64,000 nt of DNA from Magallana gigas (lineage: Eukaryota). The DNA lies in contig NC_088859.1 of the NCBI RefSeq assembly GCF_963853765.1, positions 24,738,001 through 24,802,000 on the forward strand, read 5' to 3'. Of this stretch, positions 13,602 to 24,519 are shown piece after piece. The notes beneath the pieces were generated by a model. The model was not told the DNA's origin. It saw nothing but the letters and a program-made list of their open reading frames with translations, and made no database searches. The translations under genes and the position numbers were made by a program. Each line of letters begins with the position of its first letter. The stretch's first letter is position 1.

Positions 13602-13647
13602 TTATCAACTAAGAGTGTAAACCTTCCCGTCTGTTTATTGAAGATAA
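13602..13647. promoter_or_regulatory. Two WGATAA (GATA-type) motifs just upstream of the lipase ATG
   Basis: TTATCA at 13602-13607 and AGATAA at 13642-13647. GATA factors commonly drive gut genes, but such hexamers are frequent in AT-rich DNA. Confidence 0.25.
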
Positions 13648-14924
13648 AATCGCCTTTCCGTCGAAAAAATTTCTGAACAAATTAGAAGCAGATTTCTCCT
13701 ATTTCAAATACTGGCCGTTTCCTGTTTTTTTTTTAAATTAAGTGAATAGTGTACGAACATGAAAAAAGCCGACAGCTGTTTTCTTTTAACCTGCTATGAA
13801 GAGTAATTAATACATATAAAAGATAAGAAAAAGCCAAGTACATGCATATATTGATTACTAGAAATTAAAAAAAAAGAGAGATTAAAAGGAGACCATCTCC
13901 TAATCCCGCTAACAACTACACTCAAAGGCGTGACACTTTTATCTTCGAGAAATAATGGACGTAAAGAGCTATCGTCAACGACACTAGCCATCCTAGAAAA
14001 AAAAAATTAAAAATGACAAAAATTATCCAAGAATACGTAAAGTAGTTGTTTCAAAAATATCAAGAATCACTGCATGAAACATGGACTAAGCGAAAAGTTC
14101 CTCATTCCATATGTAATTTGACGTACTGGGCCGGATATACGAACAGTTCTTCATAAAAATTATGTCATGTCAATTGTCAAGATTTGGTGAGTCTCGTCCA
14201 GTCCGTTTGAAGTGCTTATATCCATCAGCTGAAGTATTTGTTTTAAATCTGTTGTCATTTTCGCTCTTCATGCGACTGTACGTTAATAGATTATATATAG
14301 CCCTGGGGATGAATGGATGAAACATTTTTAGTCTTTGGGTAATATCGTTTAGTATACATGTATTAAAATACAAATATATATGACTGTGTGACTTTACATA
14401 TATCCTTTAATTTTAATAGGTGGTACTGTTGTTAAAATGGATCTCACTAAACGTAACAAAATCAATGGAAACGTTGGCCACGTCAAGACAGCCTCTCTTG
14501 TACCCGTGGCTCCATTCCGATGAAGGAGAAAGAAGAGCTTAAGGATGTCATCTGCAACTCTGCCTTAAAACCGAAAGTCACAGCGTAACTCCTAGACTCT
14601 CGGTTTCACTTTACAGTAAGAAAATGCATCGGTCTTTCATTTCATGTACAAATGGATTTAAATAAATTTCTTTCATTGTAAGTTTTGAAATGTGACATGT
14701 AATATTTGAAAGGCAACGTAATTATATAAAGTATTAACCCAACCTTGAAGTTTCTACGGTCTTTTGAATATAAAAAAAAATTGTAAAAATTCACATAATA
14801 GTTTATTTTTCGTATAATTTTGTACAGTAAATTAAAAATTAACAATATGAATGTTAAAAATGTGATTCCATGAAGTTTTCAATCGCTCTGTGTATAAAAA
14901 GTCATAGTTATCAAACATAAGAAT

Positions 14925-15433
14925 TACTTAAGCCCAGAGGCTACATCGCTCACCTGAACAACTGTTAGTAAATTAATTCCAAGTTGTGGCCGCCGATTCA
15001 AAACTCCTGTAAGGCATAGTCAAAAAACCCTATAAATTCTAAACATATTAAGCTTGCTTTCACAAAAAGTTGAAGAATCTTCGTTCTACAAAGGGGATCA
15101 TGAATTTACAAAATATATGAATCTATCACATTGTCACACACTGTTGACGAGTCATATTTTTATTGCGAAAATCAAAATAATATTTTGTTAAAAAGTTGAG
15201 TATATAAAAAAGCTTCTTGGGTATATGATTTAAATGCCAGACGATTTGGCTCATGAAAAGAAGTTCAAAACACGTCAACCTATTTAATGTATTGTGCTAT
15301 GTGTAAGTGGTTTAAATTGGCCATTTGATTCTGCAGAAGATGTCGTAAATTTAAATTAACACATGGACAGACAGACTGACGGATGGCGGAAAAAATGTGC
15401 TCAGAAAAACTCACTATTTCATGTTAGCTAAAA
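14925..15433 (-). mobile_element. Degenerate Helentron-like element
   Basis: CCCAGAGGCTACATCGCTCACCTG end, GACA/GACG microsatellite and AGCTAAAA at the other end. Confidence 0.6.
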
Positions 15434-16010
15434 TAAGAAACACTATTTGATATTGCACAGGCATTACATGTAAGTTCATGCTTAAGCGCTGAAAAGTACG
15501 AAGTTTTTATTATAATTGAATTAAGTCAAATGGTGCCTTTTATATATATATATATATATATTTTGCAAAATTCGATGTATAAAAAAGCATTAGGAGATAA
15601 AGAACAATAGCGGGAAAACTGTATAGAGAAGTATACCAAAAACAATGCTGCTTTCACAAACACTGGATTAAGCTGAATAATTCACCTCCTGGGTAAAAAA
15701 GAAGTACATGTTGATAATTTTAAAGCTTGAAAATACTTCATATGAATTCAACAGTTGAAATTTACTCTTACTTTTTTGGAATGTTGATAAATTGATAGTT
15801 ACACAATATACAACTTGAAAATATCGATTAAAAATATTTAAAACGAACAATATTCAAATAAACCGAACTGCAGGAAACAAAATGTCCAATAAAATGGTAC
15901 AGTCATATGTTTAAAAAAAATACAAATCATAACAAAATTCAAAAATAATATGTCTTGTGTATAAAGCTGATTGTACTGGTTGAGACAGGTAATTCGGTAT
16001 GGTGTCAACC

Positions 16011-16538
16011 TCAGTCGTTCTCGATGTCGTCAACGAAGCGAGTGTTGGAGCTTTTGGACGCTCCGTGTTTCCTTAGCGTATTATTAAGCAACAACATATG
16101 TACGTCATTGGCGGAGCAGACGCGAAGAGGGACCGTCTGTCTGCCATTTAACGAGGTCATGGACGTGCTCTTGAGGTTTGAAAAACTAGAAGCGTTAAGG
16201 TTCCCTCTTCCTGGGCATGCGCGGATGTACTGACTGTCCTGAGAGAAAATGGAACCCGAGCGTTGCCGAGTCACTGGAGGATCACACAAACAGTGGAAAC
16301 AAAACATACAGCAATTAGCGCTCTCTACGTCGAACTGTTTCTGGGGTAAGGATATTAGGTCAGCTTGACCTCGATTACAGACATATTTAACGCCTGATAT
16401 GATTTTCCATAGGAGTTCTTTCCGCAGCAGAATGTAAACCCATGGATCGAGGATCTGATTGAAAGATGCTAGCCGGATTAATTGTAAATCCAGAACAGTA
16501 TTGCACACCAATCCAGTCTGGTTCATCACAACTCTTAC
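16011..16538 (-). CDS. PTGER4: Prostanoid receptor coding exon 2 (ECL3, TM7, C-tail)
   Basis: T11 ag|VRVVMNQTGL...LIRLASFNQILDPWVYILLRK...IEND TGA. Confidence 0.94.
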   Translation of the reverse strand, partial: VRVVMNQTGLVCNTVLDLQLIRLASFNQILDPWVYILLRKELLWKIISGVKYVCNRGQADLISLPQKQFDVESANCCMFCFHCLCDPPVTRQRSGSIFSQDSQYIRACPGRGNLNASSFSNLKSTSMTSLNGRQTVPLRVCSANDVHMLLLNNTLRKHGASKSSNTRFVDDIEND

Positions 16539-19500
16539 CTAAAAAAAAAAATTCAATTTCTTTTATGCGTTAAGATGTTATTCCAATACAGATTTAAAGT
16601 ACATAAAGTATATGATGTTTCAAGAACAAATACATTTTTTTTCTGTTTAGTGCGCTTAAAATATTATAACAAGACTTCATCTCAATGTTTACGGCTGTAA
16701 AGTGAAGCCAATTTAAGGATTCAATTGGCAATTCTTGTCAAGCACAGGGCTTCCTATACTTCCAATACTATGAACAGTGAAATCTAATACGATTCCGAAC
16801 AGCAAAGAAAACAACATTGACGCGTAGCGCTGAAAATTAAATGGCACCTGTTGTATTTGTAATAGAAATTGATTTTCTGTTAATTTCATCTAGCGACGAA
16901 TAATCGTCACGATTATTGTTTTGTTCAGAGTACAATTTTACATCTTCTTTCGATTAATTCTGATTTTTTTTTTTGGTTTTAGAATCATTACGTTAACATG
17001 TATCATGTTTTTGTACGTGTATCTCTTCTCAGACGCCAAAAGAGTTTTTTTGTTTAGTTTTAGAAATTTTATTCCTGCGTAATTGCTTAGGTTCAAACAG
17101 TCTTACATTAATGTTCGCCAGTACCCACAGAAAATGACCTCAATTGTGAAGAATTCGATTTGTTTCATGCAGAGCTCATGCACAGTTACTGCATGGTATC
17201 CAAACCTTACATTATATCATCATTTAGTAATTACTCGCTGTAAAAGACACCGTGCACACATAAAGCTATTAAGATAGTTTTACACTTCTGTTGTCCAGAG
17301 TCTGGAAATACAGCATATTAGATAAAAAAGCTTAAAATGATATCAGTATTTTACAAACTCGCCGTATTACATGTCCCATTGGATGTCTCTACGTTAACAA
17401 TTTTTAATAATAAGTTTTTAAAAACCTGATAGTCATAATGGAAATAAGATAGATTGGAATTGGTATTGAAATTAAAAAACTATCCTGGGGTTTTTATTGA
17501 TTTCTTTAATAATTATTACACAATCCGAGGAGGATGTCAAAATAATGGGAAACGTTTCCTGTTCAGTTATTTGTTGCCTGAAAAAAAGCGCCAATCGAGA
17601 TAACATACAGCCACAAACGCGGAAATCAGATCAAATGAAAAATTACTTTCATATTTCTTTCATTAATCATGAGAAAACTGCCCCCTAAGTATTTGACAAT
17701 TAAAAAAAAATTGAGAAACATGCTATATGTTTCACGAGGCCTAGTGGTAGAAAATGGCGCTTGGCAAAAATCATAAAGGAAAACCAAATGGATGTACAAA
17801 AACGTTCACAGTAAAATACAAATAAATGTGAAATCAAACATAAACCTAATGTTCATTCTATACCATCTCTTGATAAAAATGGACACACTTTTATTCTAAG
17901 AATTAGATTTTGGATATAAATCACGAACAAATGACCATTTCGACGCAACGTTTTATATTCTACACATAACATGCGAATACGGTTCAACAAAACGTGTGAT
18001 GTTACAAATGTAACTATAGTGTGAAAGTTTTGTGCAATACATCTTTATAAAGCTGTTCCCCCGAGAAATCACTGTTCGAAACATACGGGGCGAGAATTGT
18101 TCCTTCAATGTTAGAATGTATGGAAAAGTAGATTTTAATTGACTGACATTTAACAGGGTAACCAAGCAACTGTAAACCCGTCGTTTGCTTGGAATGGAAT
18201 ACCAAGCGTCCCTTGGGTCTTTCAACCTCGTTTGGAATACGATTTTAGGCAAGGTTAAACAAGGTTTAGGAATTGCTCTTTTTGTTAATATAATGTGGGT
18301 GTTTGTTAATATATATCGTGTATCAAACATAAATGCGATAAAATGATCATATAACCATTTCATGTTCTAAATGTTTGAAACAAAACACTCGCATCTCCGG
18401 CTTTTTTAGTTTGATCAAATAACAAAACATTTAATACCGATTGTAAAAGTATCTACACCCCCTACTTTTACTTGCATACGATTGTGTTTTTATGCCCCTA
18501 TTAAATACAGTATTGCGCAATCTCAAGATGGAATACGCTTGACTTACAATCTATGCAAATTTTACTCGAAGCAAGCGTCATTTTTAACCTGTTTTATTGC
18601 AAGAAATAGAGAGTTACCTCCTATCGAAAGTCAAAGGTATTGTTAAAAATTTTCAAACAACGTATAGTTCAACTAATGTTTTATGTATTATACCAAGTAT
18701 TCTAATGACAAAATCAACTTGAATGAAGCGTTTGGGAAGGGGAGAGTTCTTAAGATGAAAATGAATTATAAAAAGAGTTATTTTCGCCCAGTGAAATATT
18801 CGCCCTTCTTCACTTGTAAAAAGTTTTGCCCCGTCTTGAATTCGCTCAGACAGTTTTGTTTAAAGGGAATGATTTGAGACTTCGATTTCACCCAATCTTA
18901 AATTCGCCCACTGACAACAAGGGCGAAAGGGGCAAAAAATAAAAAATAAAAAAGAGGACGAATACTTCCCTGTATACAGTATGTATTAAAGTCATTGTTG
19001 CATACTGCAGTAGCCTGTGGGTGAGCTTGATTTTCCAAAAAAGTGTACGCCGTGTACACTTTTCTACATCGAGTCAGGGGCATGTGTTGTTGGGTGTACC
19101 ACTGCTGAAACCAATATGGCGGACGCATGTTATGACTGGAAACTTGACAAATGACTTTAAGTAATACAACGGATTAAAAGTCTTATTTAAGTTGTCTTAA
19201 GCTTCAGATTGTCTGTTTATAATATCTTCACCCTTTTCCGCCATATTTAATCTTATCTTCCCTACACCATGTACACTACACCATTTAAATATACTTAATA
19301 TGCAAATCAAAATGAATATATCGGTGTGCACTAAGTTAAGCTAAATAAAACAAGCGCGCCCTATAAAAATAGAATGGCCGTGGGTTTTGGTGACGTTGTT
19401 ATACGGATAGAACATCGTTACTGTATCTGAAACACTTTTGCAAGCCAATACTGCTTTCTACGAGGTACATAAAATTACGGTGAATGTCTGACGGGCCAGT

Positions 19501-22500
19501 CACTACGCACAATTAGGGATAGTACGCAGTATAGGAGACTTTGAAGATTTCTTCAATTAGTACAGGCAGACGACATTGACTTCCGCCTCACACGGCCCTC
19601 TGTTGCAGAGTACGTTAATGTCCACCCCCGGATGGCGAAACAAAAAAAAAACCATGAATTAAAAAAAATACCCACACACACTCAAACTGATAAATAAATC
19701 AAAGTACTGAAGAACTGACGGGAGTTGATTTTGTCGATGTTTATTTATTTTAAAATCAATGATGTTATTTTGCATGACAAGTACATGTATACGTAGTTTC
19801 TAATTTGAATTACGCATATTTTATAATATGAATTTGTGAATTTTTTCGACTAGAATGTCGAGAAACCTCCATATGAATCATGTTAAATAATATTTAAAGA
19901 TAAAATTAATTCAATCAAACTATGTATCAGTGGTAGAAATATTGCTCGAAAATTGTATGGATCCAAGCAATATTGAACTCTAGTCTCGTTCAACCAAACG
20001 CTCGGCTGACACCGTAAATCTCCGACAAGGGTTTACGGAGACAGCCGAGCGTCGAGTTGAACGAGACTATGTTGAACTCTGGCGTAGGAATACATACGAC
20101 TACAAAAAATATTTAAATTGTTCGTACCATTTAAAATCTGACTATTTTTAAGGTATTTGTAAATAAGTTTCCTTGAAAAACAATGCTTTAGCATACATTA
20201 CATCGAATTCATCAATTATTTTCAAGAACTAAGTCTTGCCAGGAGCAATGATTTGTGCTGAGGTCCAAACACTGTTTCACTTTCGGTTTGTCCGCGTGAC
20301 TGCATAGGAGAGTTGATTAAAAATCAACTCCCAAAAAAGAACTTTAAAAATTCTACAAAAGTAATGGATTTCTAGGCAACATTTGGTGATTTTGATTCAT
20401 TGCTGGAGAAAACATTGACGTCGTTAAAATAGATATTTCATCAGAAATCTGCAGAGGATGTTTCGATTCATGTCATTATCTATTCATCATCCTGTTAAGG
20501 AGGAATATAGAAAGGGCGCCTTTTTCTTGCCTTAGAAAAACAATACAACGTCGATCTTCTTGATATATTGAAAAGGAATTGCAATGAAACACCTTTCATA
20601 AACCTTTAGGCATATACTTTTTGACGTATGATAAAAAGTAATTAAGTCTAGCTATAACAGCTTTTTAACGTCAACACTGTTTTTTACAACATCATAAAGG
20701 CGATAAAAAGGTTAATCATTTGAACGTGTACGTCTACAAGTAAAGCTAGAACGTTCGTTTAATTTCAGGTTTACATACAAAACGTTGCGTTTCGCTAAAC
20801 AAACATCACTACGCGTACGTGCAAAACTTCATTGCATATAATTAATGATTTACAAAATAAAATTAATACCGATATTTATTTTTAAAAAACCCCCCACATG
20901 GCCCGAAAAGATGAAACTTGTGTGAAAGCTTCCAAATAACGTGTAATATTTTGCAAGTATCGAAACAGATGATGTAGAACTGAGGTATTAGATTTCATTC
21001 AACAGTTCACTAACATTTCTGAAACAGTAACTTCTCTAATTTAAGTCACTATGGCCGTTTGTTAATAATTAATATCCATGTACATGTAGTTGAATATCCA
21101 TGTCACTTGAAATGTCTTTTAAATTACACGGACACGTTCAAATGCTCCTCTTCTATGTTAATCAATAAGCAACCATGCATACTTAGTATATTTGGATAGC
21201 ATCTGACCACCTGATTTTGGTTTTGGATTATCAAGAGCTATTGAGACAAAAGATCGATGATGGAGAGATTTGTAAAGACAGGATAAACAGACATTCAAGG
21301 AATAAAATGTATAATTATATTGATCAAACTATCAATAGAACAAGTAACTCAGGGGATATTTACGGAACAAATACCAGATTACTCGTGTATATATTGGCTT
21401 TTTCTTTCCGCGCCCCTGTCTTGTCAAAAAAGGTCATGTCGTGTTCTGTCACTCATTTTTTCCCCTCACATTTATAAAGTAAGCCCTTCTGGGAGTCCAA
21501 ACTCGATGAAGCTAGGATTGATTTTGATATACACATACAACATACAAGGGTTGATTCAAAAGTAAGTGCCACACAATGCACCACGCTTCTCGTTATATAA
21601 ACTGAAATATCAACATTTGCCCAAACAAACTTTCAATTCGAATTCGAAATTTGATTAAATTTTGTTGAATGATTAAGAAAATATGAATGTTTTTAACATG
21701 ATATAAACTTGACATCGCCTTGTCATAAATTTACTTCTTTTAATTTTTTTTCCAAAGTAAATATTAAATAACTTAAATTTGAAAAAAAGAAGAAGCCACA
21801 AACAACATAATATTGTAAATCAAATATAACATAGACTTTGATAGATAGATATAACTAGTATAAGTATTGGAATTGCTATATCGACCTATAAATGAGAGAG
21901 AGTAGTTCTGAAGGCGACGTTCTGATGTATACAGCATTACTATAAGGCTATGTTCATGACATTTTGAAAAGCCATCGATAAAACTGATCGCACATCAAAT
22001 AATCCAATATATTACTCTGTCAAACACAAAAAGAGTTGTTATTAGAATGATTCAAAATTTAAATAAAGCATCATGGCCAATTCCTTTTTAAGGACGAAAT
22101 TATGAAGTTTTAACATAACAAAGAATCCAGAAATGGCGTCGCCAGCGTGCGGCGACTACCCTCACCTTACGCTTCATAAAATAAATGTTCTTCAGAAATA
22201 ACTATCATGATGCATGAAAACTTTCAGATCTGAATGGACATAACTAAATATTTCACAGTACGAATTTTCCTCTCTGCAGTAAGGTTCGGGTTAAAAAAAA
22301 ATTGTCCAGGTACACCATATGCAGGCATTGGCACAATTTCTTAAAATTTAAACGATTTGTAATCGATTATTAATCGATTATATTGTTTTTTTTTGGTCAT
22401 GTGATTGATTACTTTATAAGATGTTGATTTATGATCGTTTATATCAGCAAGTTTTTTTTCTCAATATTTTTATGAATGACATGTGCCTTCAATTCTATTA

Positions 22501-24476
22501 TACTTAAAATACACAGACCCATTAAAAGTTTTTAAAAAATAGTCTCGTTCAGATCTACTGAACTTAAAAAACGAACTTTGTACACGAACTTACTCAACCC
22601 GAAAGAAGAGTATTTTATAGCATTGTACATTACAATGCACTGTGTACATGTATGTTAATCACTTGTACAAATTTACGCTGAACATGGTCGTGTGGCTTAC
22701 TTATCTACTATTTTTTATCGTTGTTATGCTAATAACATGTAAGCCAAAGACCATCCGTGATCATCTTCATGTGAGTCATATATTTTGAGTTTTTCACTTA
22801 CTCCCTTCATTTTGTTTTTTTTTTGGTGCGTACACCCCCCCCCCCCACCAGCATCCGTTTTTGTTTTTTTGAAATTAATAAAATGAAAAACTAGTTTAAA
22901 GCTGCTTGGTCCGATTTTTTTGTCATTACAGTATCAATTTTTTTTCCATACAAATCATTTATCTTAGAAAGTTATGGACTTTCTCCTATTTACACCAGCA
23001 GAATCAGTTTCCTTTCAAAGTTAGAAATATTCAAAGTAAATAAAAATAATTTCTCTTTGGGCAAACGAAAAAACAAACCAAAATGCATCACGGGAATGTT
23101 TAGAAAAGGAAACCGCTTGGTTTCGTCCCCCGAATGATTGGGGTTATTCAACCCGCATGCTTTGCATCGATTGTAAAGAAAGCGGACTTTGGAAATATAA
23201 GCGAACAAAACGTACACATGTTTATTTGTAATTTGTCTGATCATTTTGGCCTTTATTTAAAGCGATGTCAAATTCGAAATACAACCATACTCGTCTCGTC
23301 GTCAGGGGTGAAATTTAACATGAGGCGAAAAAACGCGGTACCTTTTTATGTCGTTTGTTTTGTTAGCAATTTTTGTACGTATTTTTCTTCATTGAAATTT
23401 GGCATAATTGACGGATAAAACTACTGCAATGTCTATTATTATACATATACTAAGCATAGCCATCGTTTAAAAGCGTGCATAAAATTTGATATAAAATCGG
23501 ACCAAGCAGCTTTAAAATAAAAGCTGAAGCACACTAGTGTCCTTGTGCTTCACAAAGAGTAAAAGTCAATATGACCCTTGCTTTAATCTATGGTATTTTG
23601 TTTTATTTATGAAACGACCCAGTGATGGTCAAGCTGTTACATACGTCCAAATCGTAGTGTGACCAAAAAGAAATCAATGACTCTAATTTAAACTTACGGT
23701 GTTAGCAACACAAAAGGTTAATTCATTGATTAAAATATCAAGGGTTTAAAAATCATTACTGAGGTTAAAAAGGTTAAACTATTTACTTTGAATGAATGCG
23801 CTTGTACACGAAATGTGTACACGTATATGTATGCACATTTTGGTGTATATATACTCTGTAACACGTCGTCGACACGCATGTTTAAAATACTTGCCTGGCA
23901 AGTACGTGCGTGAATCGTCTACCTGTCAACTATCTGATGTTTCGTTAATTGTTGTGTTAATCCACTTGAGAATCTAACGACATAAGCTAGGATTTTGCCG
24001 ATAGACGGGGGTGATCTATGTGAACAACAGATGAACAACAGATGACGACATCCGTTATATACTAGTATAGTGATAATGGTAATGGTTTCTAGCTCATAAC
24101 GAAATTAAATTAAAATCTTAATAAGCTTTTTAAGATATCGACCTGTGTTTCGCATCAAACATCTTGAATCAATAATCATAATTAATAAAGAAAACAGAAC
24201 ATAAATCATCTCCAAGACATACACGATATTAATTTTTCAATTTTTCAATCTACTGATTTTTTTTTCAGATTTTTTTTTCAACGACTGTGTGTACAAAGCA
24301 ATCGTGTGTATGGATTATCAGGGAAAATATGCAACATAATGCCATCAGTGTTTATCCCCATTGATTCATGCATCTTTTTTTAGCTCACCTGAGCCTTGTC
24401 TGTTGTTGTCGTCGTCGTTGTTAACTTTTCACATTTTCATCTTCTTCTCAACCAAATTTGGCACAAAGCACCACTA

Positions 24477-24519
<43 letters not shown>

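Noticed and set aside
15955-16233. 92-aa plus-strand ORF
   Set aside because: Antisense shadow of receptor exon 2
20130-20400. Probable dispersed repeat fragment
   Set aside because: No termini or second copy visible in the window
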